Source: Eledone cirrhosa
Lineage: Eukaryota
Direction: 5' to 3'
Assembly: GCA_964016885.1 (NCBI GenBank)
Contig: OZ024745.1
Span: 94,054,001 to 94,118,000, forward strand
DNA: 64,000 bases
The notes under the pieces were generated by a model. It saw only the letters and a program-made list of their open reading frames with translations. It ran no database searches and had not been told where the DNA came from. The translations under genes and the position numbers were made by a program. This document shows positions 13,615-26,144 of this stretch, piece after piece. Position 1 is the stretch's first letter; each line of letters begins with the position of its first letter.

Positions 13615-14492
13615 TATATATATATATATATAAAACAGAAGATGTCTGTCTGTCTGTAAATCCCTAAAACTCGAAGTACCCGACTGATTTTTTTCAAACT
13701 TTACACATGTTACTTATATTTCTTGAAGTAAAAAATTTAACTTTTCCGCTCATTAGGCGAAAAACCACATTTTAAATGTGTTTTTAAGTCTTTTTGAGGC
13801 GTAACTTAAAGATAATCCAGCCGATTTCATAAAAATTTGCAGCACACATTAGTTAGTCCCCTTCCTTGCATTGCTGGACAAAAAAAATTTCTGATTCCAT
13901 TAATGGTTTCTAGGAAATTTACGAATTAGCATTGGACATTACATGCCATTTTCAATATAAACGCTACTTAAACATCGTAAGTAGCGTATAATATTTCGTT
14001 AAAAATTTGTTTTATTTTACAGAGAATACAACACTTACTTACTTTTAAGCAGGACCATTTTAGGGGATTGAGGAAATGAGGAGGACCTTAAAACTTTTGT
14101 TGGCGCCCTGTTGACGTTTCATGCTTTCATCGCACGCAAATCCGGGCCCTGTGTACGTTGCTGTGTTATTGACACTGTAAAACTCATGTCTGTGCTACTT
14201 CTACTAAGACCCCTTTTGTTGCACCTACACCGCAGTATGAACGCCCTGCGCAACTACGCCGAACAGCAATTGTGCTAATTCTGCGGTGACCCCTTTCGCA
14301 TACGGGATTTCTGCAATCAGCCCAGTGACACCGCTTCTATTGGATTCGGCCTGCTGGTGTTCTACGTTTCCAGTTTGAATTCCCTGAGAATAAGGGAATT
14401 CAAAAAGTACACAGCTACATTCCTCAATCTTTGCATATGCGTGTTGCTATTTCACGCTTCCTACCCCGTGCAACACTGGGTCCTGCAGCTAG
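13615..14492 (+). mobile_element. Non-autonomous Helitron
   Basis: 5' (TA)n-AAAA..tgtctgtctgtc start; 3' hairpin cccgtgcaacactggg followed by CTAG|T at 14489-14493. No TSD seen, and the 5' TC is not clearly visible. Confidence 0.65.
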
Positions 14493-15643
14493 TATATACT
14501 ATTAAAAAGATTGAATTCCATAATCAGTTCGTTCGGGTTTGTTTAAAACTCTGTTATGTTATACACATGCATACACAAATACATGCACACACACACACAC
14601 AAGTTTCTATACAGTTTCTTCCCCACCAAATTTCATTCACAAGGCATTGGTTAACTAAAGTGTGTCCATGATGCTAAGCAGTGGGCTTGGGCTGAGAATT
14701 AGAAGGGGGAAAAACAAATTTCTTCACCACTTAGCCATGCCTACATGTATTTGCTCTGGATTGGCAGTATCGGTAGAGCATCACACACAATGCTTTGAAA
14801 CAGAGTTATGGCCCTTTAAGTTCTGAGTTCAAATCCTGCCATGGTTAACTTTGCCTTTCATTCTTATGGGGTCGATAGAATAAAGTACTGGGGTAATTGC
14901 TGGCCTTGTGCCAAAAGTAGAAACAATTATTAAAGAGCAGTGGACTGTCAGTATTGGTAGAGCATCAGACACCATACTTTGCAGCATAGTTATGGCCCTT
15001 TACGTTCTGAGTTAAAATCCTGCTGGGGTTAACTTTTCTTACCATTCTTACGGGGTCGATAAAATAAAGTACCAGTAATGCACTAGGGTAATTGTTGGCC
15101 TTGGGCCAAGAGTAGAAACAATTATTATCCAATATACATCATCATTGTCTTATATTTTACCCCCACTCCCTATCTTATGAAAAAATTTGACATCTTACTT
15201 ATATAATTACTGCTGCTACTAGTCATGTTATTGCTAGGACCCTGTACTGCTGAGCTCCTCCATCTTAGGAGGGAGCCCTGTGAGGCTGGGTGGTTGTTGC
15301 AGTGGGTGTCACTGGCCATTGTCCGAGGGAATGCTTTTGCCATCTTGTCCACAGGGCACAGCACTCCTGCCCCCTTGCCCTAGGCCCAAAGCCCAATCAC
15401 CCTCCCCCTTCACCCCCTCTCTCCTGTGACACCAGAGTTCTTGCCATCGTCTCTCTTTCCTGTTCCTTTTCTTCTTGCTTTCTCTTTTTTTTCTTTCTAT
15501 ATTTCCCTATTCTGTCTTTCCTTTTGGTTCCCCTTTTTTTAAATTTTTTCTTACTAAATAAGGTTTGTTTTTTGCTTTTCAATAAAAACTGGCATACTTT
15601 TTTGAAATAATATTTAACATTGGTAATAATGTTTGGATTTCAG

Positions 15644-15756
15644 CTCTTTTCTACCCTCCCAAAGAGGTTGCTGTGGGAAAAAACATGACAGAGCTAACAG
15701 ATGCTTTGGTTCACTGCATCAGGTATTCGGCTCTGTTTGAGTGGTTCGTGCATTGG
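15644..15756 (+). CDS. GSDME: Gasdermin E-like gene, exon C (C-terminal domain)
   Basis: ggatttcAG / GTaagt; 113 nt, phase 1 to 0, continues exon B: TLFYPPKEVAVGKNMTELTDALVHCIRYSALFEWFVHW. Confidence 0.75.
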
Positions 15757-16683
15757 GTAAGTATTTCTTCATAATTTTTAAAAATATATATATAGTTTTA
15801 TTTTGTAAGTAGTTATATAAGCACAGAAAAAGAGAGCACCATTGGAAAGGACTATAAATGCCATAAATGAGAAGAATAGGAAGAGAAGAGCAAGAACTAC
15901 TAAATGATTATTGGGATTTTCAAAATGGTGGGAATGAAAAAATTGTTAAGTATTAGGTGTTTTTTTTTTGTTCTTTCAGCAAAATGACAACATTGATAAA
16001 ATACTGGATGACTAGCATATAGCTTTTAATTTTAAATCCTCTTTAGTAGTCATGATTTTTCTCTTACCTGTTAAGAATAGGTGCTATATCTTCTGGTTAT
16101 GGGGTTACATTTTAGCTGTATTACACTGTAAATTTTGTCATTTGCTTAGTTATATGAAATCAGCTAACTACTAGCCTTATGAGTCAATTTTTGTTTGTGA
16201 ATGAGTTCTGTATGAGCAAGACATTGTCACTTGACCTGGTATTGCCTAAAACAGGACAACTCGTCTAACCCATACTGGCATGGAAGAATGGACGTAAAAC
16301 AGTGATGATGATGAAGACATTGAAAAAAATTTAATGTTTAAACCTAAAGTGAAAATAATCAAATAAAGTTGCCACCCATTACAAAATATTAATTTATTGA
16401 TAACAAAATTGGTAATTCAGTATACTGTAGTCTTAGTGGCGGATGTCTTTTAAACATGTACTTTAGCATATGGATTTTGTTTTTAGTTTTCATGCTTTCT
16501 TTGGTATAAAAGATATCAATTAACTGTAAAAACAATTTATAGCCAACTCCTTGACTTATACACTCATGATACCTCTGCTAACGTCACTCATTTTCATTCT
16601 ATAATATATGCAGATAGGTGTCCATCATGGTGCAGTCCTCAGCCAACTACTATTTATTATAGTTCTCTTGGCCATAACAAAGT

Positions 16684-17650
16684 AGTTTAAGACTGGCTGT
16701 CCATGGGGATTTCTATATGGTGGTGACCTGGCTCTTATAGCTGGAGCTATGAAAGAGTTAGAAAAGAAATTCCAGCTTTGGAAACAGAAATTAGAATCAA
16801 AAGGACTTAGAGTAAACTTGAGAAAAACTAAAGTTTAGTGAGTAGGAAAGGAGACGAGACTCCAATCATTTCAGGGAAGTGGCTTTGTTTGATATGTGGA
16901 AAAGGAATTGAAAGAAATTCTATACATTGTAACCCATCGGTACACAAGAGGTGTAGTGGGATAACAGGCAGACTAAAAGAAAAGCAGCAGTGAAATAAAC
17001 TGTTTCCAATCCCAGGTAAGATCCATAGAAGTAGTTGATAGCTTCTGTTACCGAGGTGATATAATTAGCAGTGGAGGAGGTTGCTCTGAGGACATAGAGC
17101 TAGAATAAGAACAGGATGGAAAAAAGTTTAGGGAGTCACGACTTCTGTTGGCAACGAAAGGGTTCTCTCTCTGAATGAAAGGCTGGCTGTATGATGCCTG
17201 TCTGTGATGACTGATGTTGCATGGTAGTGAGACATGGGTAGTGAATGCAGAGGATATGTAAAGGCTGGAGAGAAATGAAGCAAGCATGCTCCAATGGATG
17301 TGCAATCTTAATATGCATGAAAGATAAAGCATAGATGTGCTGAGAGAAAAGCTGGGTATAACAGAAATCAAGTGCAGTGTGCTGGACAGATGACTGCATT
17401 GATATGGACATGTGATGTGTATGAATGATAAACACTGAGTGAAGAAGTGTCAAAAGATCTCAGTGGAAGAAAGCTGCAGCAGAGAGAGAGACCAAAGAAA
17501 ACATAGGAGTAAGTTGTGAGAGCTGATCCCAAATCACTGAAACTTACAGAGGAGATGACGAAGGATCATGATGAGAGGAGGGATGCTGTGCTAGAAAAGA
17601 CCCATGCATGCATGGAAAAGCTGATGAAAAATGTTGATGTTGTTGATGGA
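16684..17650 (+). pseudogene. Degenerate RTE fragment (RT 3' part, PHD, C-terminus)
   Basis: FKTGCPWGFLYGGDLALIA, SGKWLCLICGKG, HKRCSGI and HGSETW with many stops; homologous to 18582-19590 but in opposite orientation. Confidence 0.85.
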
Positions 17651-18294
17651 TATCAATTTAAGTGACACCTCCAACAGCAACCTGGTGCATTTGGCATTAG
17701 ACTCTGGTTTTATTGCCTGACAAGCTGAAGTTTATCCTGGGATTGGCAACAGTTTATTTCACTGCTGCTACATATAATGTCTACCTTTTCTTTTATTCTG
17801 CCTGTTATCCCACTACACCTCTTGTGTACTGATGGGTTACAATGTATAGAGTTTCTTGGTCTCTCAATCACCTCCTTACTCATTGTAATCAGGGTGAAAT
17901 TGGCTACCCACAGAATGAGCTCTGAATGTTAGAATTGCTTTTTCAACATATCTCTCTTATCCTCTGGGGTAACACTTTCTCCATTCTGTCTGCTGGGACC
18001 ATGAGGTGGATTGCACCTGAGGTTCTGCACAACAGAGGGTGTTCTCTCACATTGTCTTGGAATGTATCTCTGGAGTAGTGATGGTAGAGTTTGCTGATAT
18101 TTATACTGACACATTTTAGGTGTAGATATATGTCAAGATGTTGGTTATATATTTCAGTTTTCTTCATACTATCACTGCTTTATCACACCAAATCTACCAC
18201 CACCACCACCACTGTTGCTATGACTACCTGTCTTTCTCTCTCTTTATATATGTGTTTACAATGTTGCTATGACTACCTATCTTTCTCTCTCTTT

Positions 18295-21200
18295 CATCAT
18301 CACCGTTTTACGTCCGTTCTTCCACGCTAGCATGGGTTAGACGGGTTGTCCTGTTGTGGGCAGTGTCTGGTCGGCTGACCATGCCTTGCTCATACAGGAA
18401 CTGATCTGGCTTGATTTCTACAGCTGGATGCCCTTCCTAACACCAACCTCATTTACAGTGAGTGCTGGGTGCTTTTTCGTGGCGCCTACACGTCCACTTT
18501 ACAGTGTGGGCTGGGTGCTTTTTTGCCGTGGCACCTCCACGACCACCTTGCGGTGGGGGGGGGGCATATTGTTTATATGCTTCAGCATGTACCCATGGGA
18601 GGTCGGGTACCCTGTATTACTGCGTGACGCCAGAAGTCACGGTCGTGTGTCATTGACTTTGAGAGGTGTAGTTGGGTAAGGTCGGCTTTTATCACCTCAT
18701 CCCAAGTCATCTTGGGTCTCCCCACTCCGCGGTTTCCATCAACTTCTAGTGCTCTGCACCTTTTTATGCAGCTGTCATCCTTCATACGCATCACATGTCC
18801 ATACCAGCGTAACCGCCTCTCCTGCACGCAGCATTTGATTCCTCTTATGCTCAGTCTCTCTCTCAATTCATTTATGCTTTGTCGTTCACGTATATTACTG
18901 TTACACATCCATCGGAGCATGCAGGCTTCGTTTCTCTCTAATCTACGTAGGTCTTCCACCTTCAGCGCCCAGGTCTCACTACCATGCAACATCGCTGTTC
19001 GGATACACGCATCATACAGTCTGCCTTTCATTCTGAGGGAGAAGCCTTTTGCAGCTAGCAGTGGTAGTAGTTCCCTAAACTTCTTCCATCCCGTTCTTAC
19101 CCTAGTTATTGTACTTTCTGAGCACCCACCTCCGTTGCTAATTCGGTCACCTAGGTAGCAGAAGCTGTCTACTGTTTCTACAGGGCCCTCCCAGAGATTG
19201 GTGGTACTTGTTTCCTGTGGCTGTTTGCTTGCTGTTTCAGCACAGCTGCTGCATGTGAATCCTACATTCTTAATTAAGCTTCCTGAGATCCCGCTACATC
19301 TCTTGTGTACCCATTGTTTGCATTTGGGGCAAAGAATGGAGTTCCTACCTACACCTTTCCTACATACTGAGCAAGGCCATTTCCCTGAGGGGATCTGGGT
19401 TCTGTTTTCTCGTCTACTTATAAGGACCTTAGTCTTTGTCATGTTGACTTTGAGGCCCTTTCTCTCTAGTCCCTGCTTCCAGGTTTGGAATTTATTCTCT
19501 AGTTCTACCATAGATTCAGCTATGAGTGCGAGGTCATCAGCATACAGGAGTTCCCATGGGCATCCGGTCTTAAACTCCTCCGTTATTGCCTGCAGGACTA
19601 TGATGAACAGGAGAGGGCTAAGAACAGAGCCCTGGTGGACCCCAACCTGTACGCTAAATTCCTCGCTATACTCATTGCCAATCCTAACTTTGCTGACTGC
19701 TCCCCTATACATGGCTTGTACCGCTTTCACAAGCCATTCATCTACTCCTAGTTTTCTAAGAGCCCACCAGATTACTGCACGTGGAACTCTGTCAAAGGCT
19801 TTCTCAAGGTCGACAAATGCCAAGTAGAGTGGCTTACTTTTAGCTAGGTACTTTTCCTGTAATTGCCTCACAAGGAAGAGCGCATCAGTGGTGCCTTTCC
19901 CTGGAACAAACCCAAATTGCATCTCGTCTATATTCACCCGGTCCCTAATCAGCTGTGCTATAACTCTTTCTGTTACTTTCATGACCTGGTCCATCAACTT
20001 TATACCTCTATAGTTTCCTCTATCTAGTGCATCGCCTTTACCTTTGTAGCAGTTGACAATGATGCTACTGCACCAATCTTTTGGTATGGCCCCCTCTAGT
20101 ATTACCTGGTTAACGATACGTGTGGTTATAGTGTGACCTACAGACCCAGATGCCTTCAGCATCTCGGCAGCTATACCCGATGGACCGGTTGCCTTCCCTA
20201 TCTTCATATCTCTGATTGCCTTACTTACTACGCTGCCGCTGACTTGTACTGCTGGTCCCTCTATAGGGTCTACGTGGGGTAGGGTCTCTTCTTCCCATGC
20301 ATTCTCCTCATTTAGTAATCTATCATAATGACTCTTCCATGCATCTTTCTTCTCAGCACTTGTGAGGGCAAGCTCACCTTTATCATTCCGGATACACTTC
20401 TCTCCAATGACATCACAACTATCTCTGACACACTGCCTCGCAATCTTGAATACCTCCTGTTTCTGGTCCTCACGTTGTAAAACATGCTTGAATTTTCTAT
20501 CCTCTGCTTCCCTCCTAGCTAAGTATACTTGTCGCCTAGCTTCCCTCTTGGTCTCTATGTAATGTACCCTGCTCCCCCCGTTCTTCCATTCTTTCCATGC
20601 CTGTCTCTTGGCCTTGACTGCTTCATCTACCTTATTGTTCCACCACCAAGTCACTCTCCTCCTGCTTGAGGTCTTACTCCAGCCACAAACCTCATCCGTC
20701 GCCTCTAGTAAGTTATTTTTTAGGAACTCCCAGTTCTCTTCTACGTTAAATGTCTCTATCTGTTCTTCTTTACTGTCGTAGGCGTTGAGTAAAATATCTT
20801 TAAATCTGTTACTGGTTGAGGGGACTTTCAGCTTCCAGATCTTTCTTCTCCAGGTTGGCCTCTGTTTCAGGGCTCGTCTAGTTCTGACCGTGAGGTCGCT
20901 GACAACTAAGCTATGTTGGGATGTACATTCCTCACTAGGGAAGGCTTTTGTGTTTACGACCGTCCATCTGTCACGTCCTCTGATGAGGATAAAATCTAAC
21001 TGACTAGAGTGCTCCCCTGATCTATAGGTGATCAGGTGGTTGTCGGGTTTTTTAAAGTTTGTGTTACATATCGACATGTCATTGGCGTCGCAGAATTCTA
21101 GAAGTCTGAATCCTTCCTCATTCCTTGTGCCAACTCCATGGCCTCCATGTACTCTATTGAAGCCGTCGCAGTGTTTACCTACGTGTCCGTTAAAATCTCC

Positions 21201-21606
21201 TGCAATGATTAGGAAGTCCTTGTCGTCTGTTAGAGCAGTAGTGTGTATTAGGGACTCGTAAAACCTATCCTTAAGTTCGTCTGGCAGCCCCGATTGGGGT
21301 GCGTAAGCTGATATTATTGTGGTAATTGTCTTATTCAGGACTAGTCTGAGTTTAATGATTCTTGCATTTACCCTGTACACTGAGATTACTTTATCTACCC
21401 ACTTGTCAGCTAATAGTATACCTACACCACCCATCCCATCGTCATTTCCCATCCAGAAAAATTTGTAGCACTGGCTTTTTCCTACAAGGACTCTAGCAGA
21501 CCCTCCTCTCCATCTAGTCTCTTGCACACAGCATACATCAACTTCCTTTCGCTCTAGCATTTCTACGATTTCTCCTGCTCTTCCTTTCATTGAGCCTACA
21601 TTGAGC
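18295..21606 (-). mobile_element. RTE-clade LINE, nearly complete ORF, 5' UTR lost
   Basis: (GAT)n-type tail at 18295 and internally repetitive 3' UTR; 5' end truncated at LNVGSM. It interrupts the second unit of a ~49-bp local tandem duplication, with only cttt repeated at the junctions. Confidence 0.93.
18582..21590 (-). CDS. RTE polyprotein: APE endonuclease, RT with embedded PHD finger
   Basis: 1002 aa with no stops; CVQETRW, AGDFNGHVG, QFGFVPG, DLEKAFDRVP, QGSVLSP, YADD, a C4HC3 finger, FCYLG and RLRWYGHV. Confidence 0.92.
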   Translation of the reverse strand: MKGRAGEIVEMLERKEVDVCCVQETRWRGGSARVLVGKSQCYKFFWMGNDDGMGGVGILLADKWVDKVISVYRVNARIIKLRLVLNKTITTIISAYAPQSGLPDELKDRFYESLIHTTALTDDKDFLIIAGDFNGHVGKHCDGFNRVHGGHGVGTRNEEGFRLLEFCDANDMSICNTNFKKPDNHLITYRSGEHSSQLDFILIRGRDRWTVVNTKAFPSEECTSQHSLVVSDLTVRTRRALKQRPTWRRKIWKLKVPSTSNRFKDILLNAYDSKEEQIETFNVEENWEFLKNNLLEATDEVCGWSKTSSRRRVTWWWNNKVDEAVKAKRQAWKEWKNGGSRVHYIETKREARRQVYLARREAEDRKFKHVLQREDQKQEVFKIARQCVRDSCDVIGEKCIRNDKGELALTSAEKKDAWKSHYDRLLNEENAWEEETLPHVDPIEGPAVQVSGSVVSKAIRDMKIGKATGPSGIAAEMLKASGSVGHTITTRIVNQVILEGAIPKDWCSSIIVNCYKGKGDALDRGNYRGIKLMDQVMKVTERVIAQLIRDRVNIDEMQFGFVPGKGTTDALFLVRQLQEKYLAKSKPLYLAFVDLEKAFDRVPRAVIWWALRKLGVDEWLVKAVQAMYRGAVSKVRIGNEYSEEFSVQVGVHQGSVLSPLLFIIVLQAITEEFKTGCPWELLYADDLALIAESMVELENKFQTWKQGLERKGLKVNMTKTKVLISRRENRTQIPSGKWPCSVCRKGVGRNSILCPKCKQWVHKRCSGISGSLIKNVGFTCSSCAETASKQPQETSTTNLWEGPVETVDSFCYLGDRISNGGGCSESTITRVRTGWKKFRELLPLLAAKGFSLRMKGRLYDACIRTAMLHGSETWALKVEDLRRLERNEACMLRWMCNSNIRERQSINELRERLSIRGIKCCVQERRLRWYGHVMRMKDDSCIKRCRALEVDGNRGVGRPKMTWDEVIKADLTQLHLSKSMTHDRDFWRHAVIQGTRPPMGTC

Positions 21607-21706
21607 CTTTATATATGTGTTTACAATGTAATCATTGGTATCAGATAATCAGTAAGATATGTCATTGCTTTGATTTGTTTTTCATATTAAAACATTCTTA
21701 TTTCAG

Positions 21707-21832
21707 CTTCATGTCATCCATTCTCATGACGATGAAAAGGTGCCATGGGATGATAAATTTTGGACGTTCATTGGCGATGATGGCTTTCAAGCAGCCTCAA
21801 GGTTTTTCAAATTGATTAATGTAGACTTTAAA
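21707..21832 (+). CDS. GSDME: Gasdermin E-like gene, exon D
   Basis: cttatttcAG / GTaagt; 126 nt, phase 0 to 0: LHVIHSHDDEKVPWDDKFWTFIGDDGFQAASRFFKLINVDFK. Confidence 0.75.
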
Positions 21833-22882
21833 GTAAGTCCTAGTCCTAGTTGTAGTCTTTTTTGAACTTGTTTGGATTGAAATAAGAGTCTGTTATTTTA
21901 AACATATGTATTATTAAAATCATTGAAGGACATATAGTTTATTATATTATATTATATATGTCCAATAAATCAATCATTTAATCAGTTGTTAATATATGTT
22001 TTAGAAAACATCATGAAAACCTTTTACTATCTATCAGATCAAAGTTCTTGTCAATTCTGTTATTATTTTCAATGTCACCACTTAGAAAAACACAGGACTA
22101 CTAAACAAGTATGTTTGTGTTATTGCTGCTATTCTAATACATCTTCCCCATTAGTTTGCCTGTTCTGGTCACTAATAAAAGAGTACATATACTTCTATAA
22201 TTTAGTTAGCTTTTATAAACATATCAACATTTAAACAAGCTCTTTAAACTACAGACAACTTTCAGAATTTGTTTCAAATCTTTACACGATACAATTGATA
22301 GAAAATCACATTTTCAAAACAAAGCAGTGAATTGATAGATGCTTCAAAGTGTCAGTCAAAATGATTTGTAATTATTCCAGTTCCTTGCACTATGTGTTTA
22401 CATTCTGTCAAGTTCAACTTTGCTTTCTATTCTTCTAGGATTGATAAATAAGTATCAATCTAAGGCAGTGAACTGGCAAAGTTACTAATGTTGGACAGGC
22501 TGTCTTGAAGTATCTTCTCTGATTCTGAGTTCAAATCCTTCTGTTGCATATATGAGTGATGTACTTAATCTGATGCCCAGTTTAATACCACCACCGGGCT
22601 CTTGGTTGCTCTAGTAGTATCTACACTGTTGCAAGCATTTAAGCCAGGACTCTTGTTTGAAGGTACTTTTCTTACCTCATTTTGCCAGTTTTGAAGACTA
22701 AGTGATTAAAAATAAAAGTATATATAAATGAACAGCTTTTGGAAAGCTCCCAACATCTCCAACTAAAAATGTTTCTTTTCATTGAATCAAATATTATCTT
22801 CTAAATCTGATGCAACAAAATTTCAAGATGCTGATGAATAAATACAATAAATTGGTTCACAATAATTGTATATAGGTTTTAA

Positions 22883-23157
22883 CCCTTTCATGACTGCACT
22901 TCTAATGAAATACACTCTATTTTAATTAATTAATGAAGAATTTTGAGGGATTTACTGAAATTATTAATTATTTCATTACTAAGATAGTAACTTAATATGC
23001 AAGGTTCTTATATAAAATTATGTTGGAAGATTTTAATTTAAATTGAAAACCTTTAAAATGGGTTTTTTTATTTCATAGAACTAGAGCTGATTTTGGCTAT
23101 TGTCACTTCAACCATGTGCTATTTAGAAAGGTAGATCCACTTTTGGGTTTTTCAAAG
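22883..23157 (+). mobile_element. piggyBac-like non-autonomous element, partial; uninterrupted relative of the element split by the Tx1 at 431
   Basis: TTAA-CCCT terminus; its reverse complement matches ~220-430 joined to 3896-3991. Confidence 0.7.
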
Positions 23158-23406
23158 CAAATCAATTTTTTAAACGTTGCCTAGAAAGAATGGTGACAAC
23201 ATAGAATAGAGAGGACTCTTTAGTTTTGTTAGGAACTAGAAAACCTCAGTAGTGCTGTTTCCATCATAAAATGCACCCAGTAGACTCTGTAAATAGGTTC
23301 GTGTTAAGAAGATATTCAGCTGTAGAAACCATGTCAAAAATGGAATGTACAAGTAAGACATTATCCTCAGACCATCTAAGAGAGCACTAACACTGAATAA
23401 GAACTA

Positions 23407-23895
23407 GGTGCTTTTTATTGTGGCACCAGCACTATCACTTTACACAGTGGACAGGGTACTTTTTATTGTGGCACCACCACTACCACCTTGCACAGTAGAC
23501 AGGGTTCTTTTTATTGTGGCACCATCACTACCACTTTACACAGTAGACAGGGTACTTTTTATTGTGGTACCAGCACTACCACTTTACACAGTAGACGGTA
23601 CTTTTTATTGTGGTACCAGCACTACCACTTTACACAGTGGACAGGGTTCTTTTTACTGTGGCACCAGCACTACCACTTTACACAGTAGACAGGGTACTTT
23701 TTATTGTGGCACCAGCACTACCACTTTACACAGTAGACAGGGTTCTTTTTACTGTGTTACCAGCACTACCACTTTACACAGTAGACAGGGTACTTTTTAT
23801 TGTGGCACCAGCACTACCATTTTACACAGTAGACAGGGTACTTTTTTATTGTGGCACTACCACTTTACACAGTAGACAGGGTACTTTTTATTGTG
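23407..23895. repeat. 48-bp minisatellite, ~10 copies
   Basis: Unit ttttattgtggcaccagcactaccactttacacagtagacagggtact. Confidence 0.92.
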
Positions 23896-24012
23896 TACTT
23901 TACATGCAGAGTGAGATATTCCAATGTATATTTTTCTTTACAAAAATTGTTCTATTTATTATTCCAAACATATCGTTATTTTCATTGATTCTTTAAAAAT
24001 ATTTTTGAACAG

Positions 24013-24168
24013 TATGGTGAGCAAATTTCTGTTGAGGGTTTTGATAGAAACATGCTTGGATGTGCCCTCTATTATCTTGAGATGATGTCATTTCTATCTA
24101 ATGACGAAATCAAAGCAATCATAGATTGTTCTAACACTCGCTATGTTGTTTCATCTTTCCTGAAAGTG
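24013..24168 (+). CDS. GSDME: Gasdermin E-like gene, exon E
   Basis: tttttgaacAG / GTaagt; 156 nt, phase 0 to 0: YGEQISVEGFDRNMLGCALYYLEMMSFLSNDEIKAIIDCSNTRYVVSSFLKV. Confidence 0.75.
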
Positions 24169-26144
24169 GTAAGTGTTTTTTTTTTTTTTAAAGCACCTCA
24201 AATTTTTTTTAATATTTAAAAAATTACTTTCAAGTTTATGCATTGTTTCTGTTATAATTATTGTTGTTGACTAAAATACATATTCAGTACTTTAGCAGTT
24301 TATATCCATGTGGCTGAAGATAGTAATCTATCACAAGTCAGGTTAATACAAAAAAAACCCTTCTATAGCAGCAAGAGGCTCATTATCCCTTTTTTCGCAT
24401 GGGCCCCCATTTGCTCATAATAAGGAGAGATGGGGAGAGTGGGAGAGACGGAGGCAGTGACAGTGGGAGTTTGGTTCTTTTGTGTTGGGACCTGATAAAT
24501 GGACACACTCACACATTTGTTTTCCTACTACTAATAGCAATGCATAATCACTGGTTTTACCCCAGTGCTTATTTTATTGCTGTTTCTTTTGTTATTGTTG
24601 CTGTTGCAAGTACTGTTGTTATTTATATTGTGATACCTCTTTGTTCCTGTTAGAGAATTGCTTACTGCATTCTTATAAAGCACTTATCAGGTATATAGTA
24701 ATCAGCTGTAGGTGGTGATGGTACTGTACTACTGACAGTTGATTCTCTCTGGTACGTATTTTAGCTATAAGAAAGTGTTGCATAAGTAAATATTTGGACT
24801 GCTACTTGCCATATCTGGTTAGAGTTGATTCTTCATGAAGAAATAACTAAATAAGTTGGCCTGCTGTTGAGTAGTTAAGTAGTTAAGTAGTTAAGCAGTT
24901 AAGCTCATGTTGAATAATTTCATCTGGTTCTGCAGTTTACACGATCAGACTCTGGAAGGGAGGTAACTGTTGATATTCTTGATGAGTAATTTCACCTAGA
25001 TTTGCATGATCAGACAATAAAAACGATGCAATTGTTACTCTTGTTGAGTAATTCGTCTAGTTCTGCACAATCACACTATGGAATGGAGGTAGCTGTTGAA
25101 ACTCTTGTTGAGTAATTTGATATAGTCCTGCACAATCGCATAATAGAAGGGAACCTTTGTATGTCTTTTGTTGAGTCATCGTTATTTCTGGCAATGTGTG
25201 CTCCAGTTGATTCAATCAACAAAACTGCCTGCACGTGGAATTAATGTGAAAGTGAATGAGCATTCCACGGACATGTGTATCTTTAATTCTCAGGAAGATT
25301 CAGCATGGCACAGTCTGTAACATGGCTAGCCCCTTGAATTACAGGTAGATCTAAATTTTGCCAAGTGAGTGGACAGAGAAATGTAAGATAGTATTTTGCT
25401 GAAAAGACACAACATGCCGCCAGGTCCAGGGATTGAATTCATGACCTTACAATCGTGAACCAAACACCCTAACCTCAAAGCCACCATAGACTTGTGGGAA
25501 TAGTAGCACACGCACACCAATTGCCAACAGTAGTAATAAGAATAGCAACAGAAAATAGAATGATCATATATCACAAAAATAATACCAGTAATATCTATAG
25601 AAAAAGAGAGTAGTAGATAACATGTATGTGAAGCCATACAGAAAGAGATGGAGAGAAAGAGAAGGTATAGACATGTTTGTGAAGACACACACACACACAC
25701 ACACACACACCACACACCACACACCACACACCACACACACACATTGAGCACAGAAAGGGCAAAGAATAGAAAAAAGATGGAGCAACTGTATTGAGAGGCA
25801 AAGAAAAGGCAATGAAGAGATAAAGAGGGGGGGGGGGGAAACGTGAAGTTGTTTGGCTGTTTAACCAATTAATGAGTAGATTAGTTACCTTTTTCTTTTT
25901 TTTCCCTTTTACTTTTTCATCTTTTTCCTTTTCTTTTTTCTTTTTCTTTAGAGGGGGGGGGGGGGGAGGAATCAGCTAGTTCTAGTATTGGTCTTGTATT
26001 TTATTTATCAACATTGAAAAATAAAGTTGACCGTGACAGGATTTAAACTCACAGCACAGAGCTGAAACAGATATTCTAACAACTTTTTCAATTTATTGCT
26101 TGTTGTTGTTTGTCTCTTAGTCAACTCTGACAATCTTCCATAAT

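Noticed and set aside
14755-15125. tRNA genes (A/B-box-like motifs)
   Set aside because: These are tandem SINE copies; no cloverleaf can be drawn.
18712-21261. Plus-strand ORFs up to 209 aa over the RTE
   Set aside because: Antisense shadows of the retrotransposon ORF; the same applies to short ORFs over both Tx1 copies.
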